Assembly (NCBI GenBank): GCA_963832165.1
Contig: CAWHTE010000003.1
Coordinates: 544,001 to 608,000, forward strand
Origin: an uncultured delta proteobacterium
Lineage (GTDB): Bacteria > Myxococcota_A > UBA9160 > SMWR01
DNA: 64,000 nucleotides
Reading direction: 5' to 3'
Shown here piece by piece: positions 30,533 through 39,778 of this stretch. Under the pieces are notes generated by a model, which did no database searches, had not been told where the DNA came from, and saw nothing but the letters and a program-made list of their open reading frames with translations. Within the stretch, counting starts at the first letter, position 1; every line of letters begins with the position of its first letter. The position numbers and the translations under genes are program-made.

Positions 30533-30612
30533 GGGCAACTCGCCAGCAAGAGGGGCGGTTCGCTCAATCCAGCGCGTCCGCGATCCGAACAGGGAGATTC
30601 GGGAGGCTCGCG

Positions 30613-31476
30613 ATGACTCTCGCCGTGCGAGTGCTCGGACTCGCCGCCTTCGTACTCGCGATTGCCGCGCCTGCGCGGAGCGAGATCTATCGCTGGACCG
30701 ATGCGGCCGGCCGCCTCCATTTCACTGAGCGCATCGAGCAGGTGCCTCCCGAGCACCGCGCTGCGGCGCGCGAGAGCGCCACTTCGAGTCGCGGTGCGGA
30801 CCGAGTTCACACCTACTCGGGATCCGCGTCGGATCCGCCCGCATCGCTCGCGCCCGACCGCCGTTCGCGCGGAGAGGTCGAGATCCCGTTCACGAAGATG
30901 GGATCCCTGATGCGCGTGGATGCGAGGGTCAATGGCGTCGTGTCGATCCCGTTCCTGATCGACACGGGCGCGAGCGGCGTCTCGATTCCCGCTTCCTACG
31001 CGTCGAAGCTCGGCGTCCGGATCCGGCCCGATACACCGCGCGTGCAGGTGACCACCGCGAACGGCGTGGTGGCGCGTCCGCTCATCTCACTCGATTCGAT
31101 CGAGCTCAATGGCGCGCGCGTCGAGAACCTCGCGGCGACCGTGGATCCGGGGCTGGAGTTCGGCCTGCTGGGCGGATCGTTCTTCAACAACTACATCTAT
31201 CGCGTGGACGCCGCGCGCGGTGTGATGACGCTCGAGCCGAACAGCGGGCTGCGCGGCGGAATGGACGAAGCGCAGTGGCGCGAGCGGTTCCGCACCTGGA
31301 CCGATCCGCTGCAGCGCCTCGACGCCTATCTGCGCGAGCATCCCTATATCGAAGCGCACGAGCGCGCGGCGCTCATGGAGCGCCAGCAGGAGCTCCAGGC
31401 GGGGCTCCGCGACCTCGAGCACCACGCGAACCAACTCGACGTGCCCCAGGTCTGGCGCGAAGGAGGCGGGCGATGA
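30613..31476 (+). CDS. Secreted retropepsin-like (clan AA) aspartic protease with N-terminal DUF4124-like domain
   Basis: Signal peptide, EIYRWTDAAGRLHFT, catalytic FLIDTGAS and GLLGGSF. Confidence 0.85.
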   Translation: MTLAVRVLGLAAFVLAIAAPARSEIYRWTDAAGRLHFTERIEQVPPEHRAAARESATSSRGADRVHTYSGSASDPPASLAPDRRSRGEVEIPFTKMGSLMRVDARVNGVVSIPFLIDTGASGVSIPASYASKLGVRIRPDTPRVQVTTANGVVARPLISLDSIELNGARVENLAATVDPGLEFGLLGGSFFNNYIYRVDAARGVMTLEPNSGLRGGMDEAQWRERFRTWTDPLQRLDAYLREHPYIEAHERAALMERQQELQAGLRDLEHHANQLDVPQVWREGGGR

Positions 31477-32018
31477 GAATCCGGTCTGCAGCGATCACGG
31501 CACTGTTCGCCGTTCCCCTGCTCGCGACTCATGCGCATGCGGAGCTGTTTCGCTGCACGGGCCCCGACGGCAAGACGATCTTCACCGACCAGAAACATAC
31601 CTGCCCCGGTGCAGAGGCGTCGGAGCCGAGCGGGGTCGTGCACCGGGCGGAGACGCCCGAGAGCTCGAAGCGAGATGACGCGAGTGTTCCCGCTGCGCCC
31701 GCGCGCGATCCCCATGCGACCGAAGTCGAGGCGGAAGCGGCTGCGCAGTGGAAGCAGATGAAGCTCGACGCCCAGCAGCGCGTCGAGGAGATCGCCGCGC
31801 GGCGCGAGTGGATCCGGAGCTACGTGAGCTACTGCAACCGCGGCGGCTACGTGAAGACGAAGGACGAGGCCGGCCTCGACCAGGTCGTGAACTGCTCGGA
31901 GCTGCGCCGCGAGTTCCACGCCCTCGAAGCGCAGGAGGCGAGTGCGCGCGACTACCTGGCGACGGGACTGGCCGAGGAGTGTCGCCGCGCGGGCTGCCTG
32001 CCGGGCTGGTTGCGCTGA
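31473..32018 (+). CDS. Secreted DUF4124-like protein, Cys-containing
   Basis: ATGA overlap, signal peptide AHA, LFRCTGPDGKTIFTD, C-terminal CRRAGCLPGWLR. Confidence 0.75.
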   Translation: MRIRSAAITALFAVPLLATHAHAELFRCTGPDGKTIFTDQKHTCPGAEASEPSGVVHRAETPESSKRDDASVPAAPARDPHATEVEAEAAAQWKQMKLDAQQRVEEIAARREWIRSYVSYCNRGGYVKTKDEAGLDQVVNCSELRREFHALEAQEASARDYLATGLAEECRRAGCLPGWLR

Positions 32019-32076
32019 GCCTTCCCGCATCGGTTCGATCCCAGCGCGGTACGCGCGTGGGGTAGACTGGCGCGCC

Positions 32077-32610
32077 GTGAACCCCGATCCCCCGGCTGCG
32101 CGCGACCCGTGGATCCGATTCACGCTGACCTTCGCCGCACTGGCCGTGTTGTCGGAGCTCGTCTACTACGGCGTCGCGCTCGAGAGTGCGCTGTTCCGCG
32201 ACTACCTCGAGGCGCTCGCGCGCATCAGCGGCTGGATCGTCTCGCTGCTCGCGGACGGAGTGCAGGTGAATGGTACGTCGATCACGAGCCGCGTGTTTGC
32301 GGTGGAGATCGCGCGCGGTTGCGACGCCTATCGGCTCTGCGCGCTGCTCACCTCGGCGATCATTGCGTTTCCGGCGCCGGTCGGGAGCAAGATCTGGGGC
32401 ATCGCGCTGGGCCTCTTGTGGCTGAATCTCTTGAACTTCGTGCGGATCGTCGGGCTGTTCTTCATCGGGGGCTACGCACAGCCCCATTTTCAGCGGTCGC
32501 ACGAGATCTATTTTCCGATCTTCCTGATCGTCATGACCGTGAGCGCCTGGATCCTCTGGGTGCGGCGCACGACCCATGAGCGCTTCGGCGACTACGCGAC
32601 CCCCGCCTAA
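32077..32610 (+). CDS. Exosortase/archaeosortase family transpeptidase (short, XrtH-like)
   Basis: Membrane protein with Cys (EIARGCD), Arg (LNFVRI) and His (SHE) in the expected order. Confidence 0.8.
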   Translation: MNPDPPAARDPWIRFTLTFAALAVLSELVYYGVALESALFRDYLEALARISGWIVSLLADGVQVNGTSITSRVFAVEIARGCDAYRLCALLTSAIIAFPAPVGSKIWGIALGLLWLNLLNFVRIVGLFFIGGYAQPHFQRSHEIYFPIFLIVMTVSAWILWVRRTTHERFGDYATPA

Positions 32611-33187
32611 GCCGCTTCATTGGTTCATCGCGCAGTCGATCGCGCTGATCCTGCTGCTTGGATTCTGGTCGACGCCGCGCGCGGCCTATCCCGCGCTGTT
32701 CCACACGCACGCCAACGCTTTGTTCGGATCGCTCGAGGCGCCGCACGTGCGCTTCGGCCCGGGTGGGGACACCGACACCGCGATCATCGTGGCCGCTCGC
32801 ACGGACGCCGCGCAACGGGTGGAGTCGTCCTTCAGCGTCGGTCAGATCGGCTACTGGCCGAGCGCGGTGCTCGTCGCGATGCTGCTCGCGACGCCGCTTC
32901 CCGCGCTGCGGCGCGCCGCCGCAGCGGTGATCGGCGCGGCGCTCGTCGATCTGTTCACTCTCGCGAGGGTCGGCGTCGAGATCGCGTACCTCGACCATCT
33001 GCTCGCGCACGGTGCGAACACGGGGCACGGCGCCACGGCGGTGCTCCTGCGCGTCGGATCGGAAGCGCTCACGGCGACGATCCCGAGCGCCGCCTTCGTG
33101 CTCGTGTGCTGGGTCGCACTCGCGAGCCCGTGGCGCACGATCGATCTCCGGCCGATGCGCGCGTGGTTGGGGGCTCGTTCGCGTTGA
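32576..33187 (+). CDS. Membrane protein, probable exosortase-associated partner
   Basis: Overlaps the exosortase 3' end; about four TM segments, AMLLATP motif. Confidence 0.6.
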   Translation: MSASATTRPPPKPLHWFIAQSIALILLLGFWSTPRAAYPALFHTHANALFGSLEAPHVRFGPGGDTDTAIIVAARTDAAQRVESSFSVGQIGYWPSAVLVAMLLATPLPALRRAAAAVIGAALVDLFTLARVGVEIAYLDHLLAHGANTGHGATAVLLRVGSEALTATIPSAAFVLVCWVALASPWRTIDLRPMRAWLGARSR

Positions 33188-33229
33188 GACGGTGCGCTCG
33201 GTCGGATTGCTATCGTGTTCGGCGACGCC

Positions 33230-33859
33230 ATGGACGGCATCCACGATCTCGGCGGCATGAGCGGCTTCGGCGCCGTGGAGGTCGAGCCCGATGAGCCGGT
33301 GTTCCACGAGTCGTGGGAGCGGACGGCATTCGCTCTGAACGGGCTGGGTCTCACGGTGGTGAAGGCCTTCAACGTCGACGAGTACCGCCACTCGGTCGAG
33401 CGCATGGACCCGGCACACTACCTGGCGGCCACCTACTACGAGCGGATGCTCACGGGCGTTGCGACCCTGCTCGTGGAGAAGGGTTTCGTCACGCGCGATG
33501 AGCTGGAGGCGCGCGCAGGGGGAGGATTCCCGCTGTCGCGGCCGGTCGCCGACCAGCCGGTCGCCCCGCTGCGTCCCCAACCCGAGGCGCGCTTCGGAAT
33601 CGGCGATCGGGTCGTGGTCCGGGACATGCACCCGGCCGGACACACGCGCGTGCCGCGCTACGTCCGCGGCAAGCGAGGGGTGGTCGTGCACGTCGCTCCG
33701 AAGTTCTCGTTCCCGGATGCGGCGGCGCATGGGCTCGCGCGTCGCGCGGAGCACACGTACCACGTCGAGTTCGATGCGCGTGAGCTGTGGGGCGATTCCG
33801 CGGGCAGCCGTGAAACGGTGGTCATCGACCTGTGGGACGGTTACCTGGAGCCGGCATGA
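33230..33859 (+). CDS. nthB: Nitrile hydratase beta subunit
   Basis: MDGIHDLGGMSGFG, DEYRHSVERM, YYER, GHTRVPRYVRGKRG and DLWDGYLEPA. Confidence 0.93.
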   Translation: MDGIHDLGGMSGFGAVEVEPDEPVFHESWERTAFALNGLGLTVVKAFNVDEYRHSVERMDPAHYLAATYYERMLTGVATLLVEKGFVTRDELEARAGGGFPLSRPVADQPVAPLRPQPEARFGIGDRVVVRDMHPAGHTRVPRYVRGKRGVVVHVAPKFSFPDAAAHGLARRAEHTYHVEFDARELWGDSAGSRETVVIDLWDGYLEPA

Positions 33860-34461
33860 GCGGTTCCCGCCGTCGCGAGCCGTCGACAGCCCCCGCGGAC
33901 CGGGCGCGAGCGCTCGCGGAAGCGCTGGCGGAGAAGGGGCTCGTGCCGGACGGCTTCCTCGACGCGGTGCCCGCGCGGGCCGCCGAGCTGTTCAGTTCGC
34001 GAAACGGTGCGCGCGTGGTGGCGCGCGCGTGGGTAGACGCGGACTATCGCAAGCGTCTGCTCGAGGACGGCACCCGTGCATGCGCGGAGCTCGGTTATGC
34101 GGGCCCGCAGGGGGAGTACATCGTCGCGCTCGCGAACACTCCCGAGCTGCACAACGTGATCGTGTGCACGCAGTGTTCGTGCACCGCCTGGCCCGTACTC
34201 GGGCTGCCGCCCGATTGGTACAAGAGCCCCGAGTACCGCGCGCGCGCCGTGAAGGAGCCGCGGCGGCTGCTGCGCGAGATGGGTCTCGACCTACCCGAAT
34301 CCGTGTCGATTCGCGTCTGGGATACGAGCGCGGAGACCCGCTACATGGTGCTGCCGCTGCGGCCGAGCGGTACCGAAGGCTGGCCCGAAGATCGGCTTGC
34401 GGAGCTCGTCTCGCGCGAGGCGATGATCGGCGTGGCCGTGGTGGCGGATCCGACCCGCTAG
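33856..34461 (+). CDS. nthA: Nitrile hydratase alpha subunit
   Basis: NGARVVARAW, HNVIVCTQCSCTAWPVLGLPPDWYKS and VWDTSAETRYMVLP. Confidence 0.93.
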   Translation: MSGSRRREPSTAPADRARALAEALAEKGLVPDGFLDAVPARAAELFSSRNGARVVARAWVDADYRKRLLEDGTRACAELGYAGPQGEYIVALANTPELHNVIVCTQCSCTAWPVLGLPPDWYKSPEYRARAVKEPRRLLREMGLDLPESVSIRVWDTSAETRYMVLPLRPSGTEGWPEDRLAELVSREAMIGVAVVADPTR

Positions 34462-35264
34462 AACGCGGCCGACTCTTCCTCGGCTTCCTCGTGGCGGCTC
34501 AGCACGCGCGTCGTGCGTCGGCCCGCGCTGCGCTCGTCTCCCGAAGGAGTGAGCGTGAGCACCGGTGCGACCTTGCGCGCAGGATGCGAGGGCCCGGCCG
34601 CGATCTCGAGCAGACGCTCGCGGCGACCGCGCCAGCTCGTGAGCCAGCGCACCAGGGAGCGGGCGCCGGGTGCCACCGAGAGCGCGGCGGCGCGGACGCG
34701 GCGCAGCTGGCGATCCTGGCAGCGTTCGGCGAGCCCCTCGAGCAGGAGCGACGCCTCGACCTGCTGGTCGGCGCGGCCCAGGTGGAGCGCGAGCTCGAGC
34801 ACGGTCTCGAAGTGCCAGGGGTCGATCGCGCGCGCGCGCCGGAGCAGGTGGATCGCCTGCGGTCGCAGCCAATGCGAACGGAACTGACGGCTTCCTTCGA
34901 GCAGCACTTCGATCGCCGCATCGGGCTCCGATTGGCGCACCAGCAGGCGCGCGAGCCCCTGCCAGGCCTGAATCTCCTGCGGCAGTGCGTGGGCGGCCTC
35001 GCGGAACACCGCAATGGCGCGGTCCTCGCGGCCCTCGCGCAGTGCGGCGTGAGCGATCGCGCGGTAGCTGTTCCACGCGTCGAAATCCTGCCGCGTCGCC
35101 GCGAGCAGCGGCGCGATTCGCTCGTGGATCTCGACGCTGTTGGGCTCGACCGCGAGCAGCTGGCGGTACAGCGCGATGGCGCGCGGCCATTGGCGCCGAG
35201 AACGCGCGCGGGACGCCTGCTCGAGGATCAATTCACGATCGAACCGCGTCCCGGCGAGGCCCAT
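34458..35264 (-). CDS. Tetratricopeptide-repeat-like protein
   Basis: Repeated helical pairs (AIALYRQLLAVEPNS, AIAVFREAAHALP, AIHLLRRARAIDPWH). Confidence 0.7.
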   Translation of the reverse strand: MGLAGTRFDRELILEQASRARSRRQWPRAIALYRQLLAVEPNSVEIHERIAPLLAATRQDFDAWNSYRAIAHAALREGREDRAIAVFREAAHALPQEIQAWQGLARLLVRQSEPDAAIEVLLEGSRQFRSHWLRPQAIHLLRRARAIDPWHFETVLELALHLGRADQQVEASLLLEGLAERCQDRQLRRVRAAALSVAPGARSLVRWLTSWRGRRERLLEIAAGPSHPARKVAPVLTLTPSGDERSAGRRTTRVLSRHEEAEEESAAF

Positions 35265-35352
35265 TCCGACTCCCTGATGCGGCTCAGGAGACTGATCGAC
35301 CGCAGAGCCGACCGCGGACCGTGATCGCGATCACGCGGCGCGCCGAGGGGCG

Positions 35353-38300
35353 CTAGCGCTTCCGCCAGAAGCTGTCGAAGTTTCCGCAGTCGAGCCGCGT
35401 GAACGCATCGCGGGTGATCTTGGTGCCTGGCGGAACCGGTACGGATTTCTCGCCCTCGAAGCGCTGATCGACGACGCCGTCGCCGTCCGTGTCCTCGTCC
35501 TGGTAGCGCAGCGTGCCGCCGTCGTAGGTCTGTACCACGTCGGGCCGATGATCGCGGTTGGTGTCCGCCTCGACGCGCACGAGCTTGCCGTCGGAGAGGA
35601 TCTGGCGGGTATCCGCGTACTGGCTGCCGGTCGTGTCGAGCAGCACCTCGCTCACGATGCCGGCTTTCACGATCGCGCGCGTCGACAGCCGTTTCTTGTC
35701 GTCGCTGAGCAGACACTGCGCCACGACCGCTCCGTCGGCGGCGAGGAACAGCTTCTTGTCCGGGTTGTGACCGTTCTCCCCGGACGCCACTTCCTGGATC
35801 CGGACGCTTCCGTCTCCATTCAGGTGATTGAGCACGTCCGGGTGGCCCTCGCCCTTGGAGTCGAGACCCTGCCGCACCATCTGTTCGTTCTCGAAGTAGC
35901 TCCAGACGTCCATGCGGCAGTCGTCACCGGTGTCGCGGTTTTCGGTGCGGACCTTCTCGCTCGCGTCGAACCACTGCGCAAGATCTGCACAGCCGCGGCC
36001 CTTCGTGTCCTGCTCGACCCGCGCGAGCTTTCCCGCCTCGAACCATGCCGTGAGATCGGGCTTGCCGTCACCGGTGCGGTCCTCCCGCTTCTCGATCACC
36101 ACGCCCTTGGCGTCGGTCGTGATCCAGGTGTCGATGGCGCCGTTGCCATCGCTGTCCGCTTCCTGCACCTGGGTGCCCTTGTCGCCGGCCGTGCTCTTGC
36201 GGTCCATGCGACCGTCGAAGTCGGAGTCCTCTTCCTGCCGATCCAGCGCGCCGTTGCGATAGGACGCGATCACGTCGGCGCGCCCGTCGCTGTTGCGGTC
36301 TTTCTCGGTGCGCGCGAGGACACCGTCTTCGTAGAGGTTCAGCGTATCGAGCGTGCCGTCCTGATCGGTGTCCTGTTGGACCCGCGTCGGGCGCTCCTTC
36401 GCATCGAAGGTCGTGATCACGTCGTCTTTGCCGTCGAAGTTCCGGTCCTCGCGCTGCTCGGATTTGGCGCCCGCCGTGTAGGTGACGAACACGTCGGGCT
36501 TCCCGTCGCCATTCTGGTCCGCGTGTGTGCGCGCGCGCGTTCCGCCCGAGTACTCGGTGGTGAGCTCTAGGCGACCGTCGAGGTCCTGATCCGAGTTCTC
36601 GCGCACGAGCACGTCGTTCTCGTAGATCTTCACGAGGTCGGGCTTGCCGTCGGCGTTCGTGTCGAGCTCCTCGCGCAGCGGCTTCTGGTGCGCGTCGAAG
36701 TAGACGAAGACGTCCGGTTTGCCGTCCCCGTTCGTGTCGCGCTCCTGGCGCTCCTGGACACCGGCCGTGAAGGCGACCGTCGAGTCGTACTTGCCATCGG
36801 CGTTGGTGTCGCGCTGCTGCGTGACGGGAACGCCGCCCTCGAACTCGGTGACGACGTCGACGCGGCCGTCGCGATTGGAGTCCTGCTCTTCGCGAGTCTT
36901 CTCGCCCGCCTCGTAGCTCGTCGCGAGGTCGAAGGTTCCATCGCCGTCGGTGTCGGCCTCGTCGCTCTCGACGCGTCCGGCTGAATCCAGTCGGCCGCGC
37001 AGGTCGACCTTCCGATCGCGGTTGGTGTCCTCCTCGAAGCGCTCGGCGCGGCCGTCCTTGAAGAACACGGTGCGCTCGGCCACGCCGTCGTTGTCGGCGT
37101 CCTCTTCGGTCTTCTCGGGCTTGCCGTCGGCATCGCTCGTGCGCCAGAAGTCCGGCTTGCCGTCGCCCGAGGCATCACGCCGAATCGAGCGTTCGTTCCC
37201 CGACTTGGGATCGAGCTCGATCCAGGTGTCGATCGCGCCGTCGGCGTTCTCGTCCTGTTCCTGGCGCGCGAGGCGATCGCCGGCCTCGTAGAAGTTCCAG
37301 AGATCCGTGCGCCCGTCGCCGTTCTCGTCCAGCTCGACGCGCGCGAGCTTTCCGCCCGCGAAGTACTCGAATCGCCCGGGCTTGGACGAGCCCTTGGTGG
37401 CGATCGTGCGGCGTGCGAGCTCTCCCTTCTCGTGCTCGGCGCGGATCTCGAACTGGCCGTCGTGATCCTCGTCGAACTCTTCGAGCGCGACCTTCTCGTC
37501 CGCATCGAAGGTGTAACGGGCGTCGACCTTGCCATCGCCGTCGCGATCTTCCTGCTGGGTCGCCTTGCGGCCGTCGCGGAACGCGAGCGTGGTCTCCTTG
37601 CGCCCGTCGCGATCGGTGTCCGCTTCGCGTTTCAGCAGCGTGTCGCCGTCGAACGTCGTGATCACCTCGGGCACGTCGTCGCCGCTCTGATCCTCCTCCT
37701 CGCGCACGCGCTTGCCGCGCTCGTAGAAGCGGTGCAGCTCCGCGTGCCGGTCCTGGTTGGCATCGATCGCTTCGCTGGCCTTGCGGCCGTCGTCGTCGAG
37801 CAGCACGGCGAGCTCGATCACACCGTTGGCATCGGCGTCGATCTCCTGGCGCCGCTCCACGCCGTTCTCGAACAGCGCGACGCTGTCGAACTTGCCGTCG
37901 TGCGTCGTGTCGGCCTCGCGGCGCACGATCGTCTCGCCGTCGGCCGCGAAGCGCGTGATCACATCGGGCTTGCCGTTGTTGTCGGTGTCCTCCTCGACCC
38001 GCGCGCGGCGGTCGTTCTCGAAGAAGATCGCGACGTCGAACTTGCCGTCGTGATTCCGGTCCTGCTCTTCCGACGTCTTGCCGCCTTCGGGTCGGAAGTG
38101 TGCACGCGTGTCGACGCGCTGGTCGCGATTTGCGTCGATCTCCACGCTCGCGACCTTGCCAGCGGTGTAGCTGGTCCAGCGATCGAGCTCGCCGTCGAAG
38201 TCCGTGTCCTCTTCGAGCTTCGCGGGCTGGTCGCCCTCGTAGCTCAACGTGACGTCGGCCTTTCCGTCCGCATTCTTGTCGTCGAGCTGGACGCTCGGCT

Positions 38301-38682
38301 TCCCCTTGCGGCTCGTGATCCAGCGGTCCTTCTTCCCGTCGCCGTTGGTGTCCTGCTCCTGGCGCGCAGGGGTCTTTCCGTCGGACTCGAAGTAGATCCA
38401 CGCGTCCGCGCGCCCGTCGTGATCGGTGTCGCGCTCGGCGCGCTCTGCAACTCCCTCGGCAAAGAAGACGATCTCGTCGTAGCGGCAGTCCGCGTTGGTG
38501 TCCTTGCGGCTCTCGGAGATCTGCTCGTTCGCGTCGTAGATCAGCTCGACGGGCGAGCAGCGGCGCTGCGCCTCGGCCGCATCGGGCCCGAGCAGCGCGA
38601 GCGCGCAACCCGCAGCGGCGAGCCAGGTTGCCCTAGCCGCCGACGGGGTTGCTGAACGTCCCTTTGATCCGCTGGCCGGCAA
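35353..38682 (-). CDS. Large exported protein of ~42 tandem ~24-aa repeats with Dx[DN]xDGxxD Ca-binding-type loops (start uncertain)
   Basis: Signal-like WLAAAGCALALLGPDAAEA, then repeats such as RQEQDTNGDGKKDRWITS; nearest candidate start is TTG at 38682. Confidence 0.85.
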   Translation of the reverse strand: MPASGSKGRSATPSAARATWLAAAGCALALLGPDAAEAQRRCSPVELIYDANEQISESRKDTNADCRYDEIVFFAEGVAERAERDTDHDGRADAWIYFESDGKTPARQEQDTNGDGKKDRWITSRKGKPSVQLDDKNADGKADVTLSYEGDQPAKLEEDTDFDGELDRWTSYTAGKVASVEIDANRDQRVDTRAHFRPEGGKTSEEQDRNHDGKFDVAIFFENDRRARVEEDTDNNGKPDVITRFAADGETIVRREADTTHDGKFDSVALFENGVERRQEIDADANGVIELAVLLDDDGRKASEAIDANQDRHAELHRFYERGKRVREEEDQSGDDVPEVITTFDGDTLLKREADTDRDGRKETTLAFRDGRKATQQEDRDGDGKVDARYTFDADEKVALEEFDEDHDGQFEIRAEHEKGELARRTIATKGSSKPGRFEYFAGGKLARVELDENGDGRTDLWNFYEAGDRLARQEQDENADGAIDTWIELDPKSGNERSIRRDASGDGKPDFWRTSDADGKPEKTEEDADNDGVAERTVFFKDGRAERFEEDTNRDRKVDLRGRLDSAGRVESDEADTDGDGTFDLATSYEAGEKTREEQDSNRDGRVDVVTEFEGGVPVTQQRDTNADGKYDSTVAFTAGVQERQERDTNGDGKPDVFVYFDAHQKPLREELDTNADGKPDLVKIYENDVLVRENSDQDLDGRLELTTEYSGGTRARTHADQNGDGKPDVFVTYTAGAKSEQREDRNFDGKDDVITTFDAKERPTRVQQDTDQDGTLDTLNLYEDGVLARTEKDRNSDGRADVIASYRNGALDRQEEDSDFDGRMDRKSTAGDKGTQVQEADSDGNGAIDTWITTDAKGVVIEKREDRTGDGKPDLTAWFEAGKLARVEQDTKGRGCADLAQWFDASEKVRTENRDTGDDCRMDVWSYFENEQMVRQGLDSKGEGHPDVLNHLNGDGSVRIQEVASGENGHNPDKKLFLAADGAVVAQCLLSDDKKRLSTRAIVKAGIVSEVLLDTTGSQYADTRQILSDGKLVRVEADTNRDHRPDVVQTYDGGTLRYQDEDTDGDGVVDQRFEGEKSVPVPPGTKITRDAFTRLDCGNFDSFWRKR

Positions 38683-39778
38683 GGCAGCGCACCTCTTCGG
38701 GCATCGGCGGGAACGGCGCGGCCGCACGCAGCGCGTCGACTGCGCTCGCGCCGAGCGCGTTGTCTTCGGCCGACACGATCGAGACGCTCGACGCGGAGCC
38801 GGCGACGTCGAGATGGAAGCGCAGCGTGACCTTGCGGCCGGCGTCGACGCCGGGCGGCAGCACCCAGCGCTCGTAGGTGCGCTTGCGAACTTCATCGAGA
38901 TACGACTGCACCGCGGGAAGCCCCAGGCAGGCCGGGTTCGCCGCAGAGCTGCCCGCCGCGCCGGGCGTATTTCCCGCGAGCAGCCCTTCGCCGATCGCCG
39001 TGTCGACGGAGACGACGAGCGCGCCGTCCGGTGAACCGATCACATCGCGATCCGCGAGCACGCCTTCGCGAACCGAGCTGCCGTTGCCGCTGCCGATCTG
39101 GATCGGCCCCGTGCCCATCGTGGTCCCTGCGGCCGCCGCCTCGACGCGCCGGGGCCCGACCGAGGGACCGGCCAGACCCTCGACTCGGGTCGGGCCGCGC
39201 ACGACGGGGCCCGAAGCCCGGCCGAGGTCGACCGCGGCCACCTGCGCGCGCACAGCCGAGTTCATCACGGACACGCGCTCGACCACGACGGAGCGCGCCT
39301 GGATCTCCGTGGGCGCGGCCGCGGTGCTCAGCGCATCCATCTGAAGCGCGTCCGCGGCGACCACGGGCTTGGCTTCCGCGATGATGCGCGGGTTCACGAT
39401 CTGCGGCGCGACCGCCTGGACGGCGGGCGCGAACGGTAGGTTGCGCCGCTGCGCGAGCGCCTTGGGTGCGTCCGCAGGCTCTTCCGGGGGCGGAGGAGGC
39501 GGCGGCAGCTCTTCCTTGAGCAGCTGGACCGGGATCACGTGCTCTTCGATCACGGGCGCGAGGCTCGCGAGGATCAGGAGACCCGTGAAGGCCACCGCGT
39601 GCAGCAGCGCCGATCCGGTCAGGAAGGTGCGCGTGCGCGCGTTGTCCTCGGGCTCGGCGTAACCCGGATAGGCGAAGGCGCCGGCGAGCACCGGCCCGAC
39701 AGCGATGCTGTCGAGCGGTTGATGTCGGCGTCGAGGGCGGGTTCGGCGCCCGCTGATCAGGGGGAGGTGCGGGTTCAT
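38633..39778 (-). CDS. TonB/TolA-like energy transducer
   Basis: TM helix with SxxxH (GSALLHAVAF), poly-Pro linker, C-terminal YLDEVRKRTYERW...AVDALRAAAPFPP domain. Confidence 0.82.
   Translation of the reverse strand: MNPHLPLISGRRTRPRRRHQPLDSIAVGPVLAGAFAYPGYAEPEDNARTRTFLTGSALLHAVAFTGLLILASLAPVIEEHVIPVQLLKEELPPPPPPPEEPADAPKALAQRRNLPFAPAVQAVAPQIVNPRIIAEAKPVVAADALQMDALSTAAAPTEIQARSVVVERVSVMNSAVRAQVAAVDLGRASGPVVRGPTRVEGLAGPSVGPRRVEAAAAGTTMGTGPIQIGSGNGSSVREGVLADRDVIGSPDGALVVSVDTAIGEGLLAGNTPGAAGSSAANPACLGLPAVQSYLDEVRKRTYERWVLPPGVDAGRKVTLRFHLDVAGSASSVSIVSAEDNALGASAVDALRAAAPFPPMPEEVRCLAGQRIKGTFSNPVGG

Noticed and set aside
35353..38682. Repeat protein considered as an RHS/YD toxin, a CRISPR array or a DNA tandem repeat
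   Set aside because: No RHS core end motif, toxin tip or immunity gene. The periodicity is at protein level only, with no identical DNA repeats or spacers.
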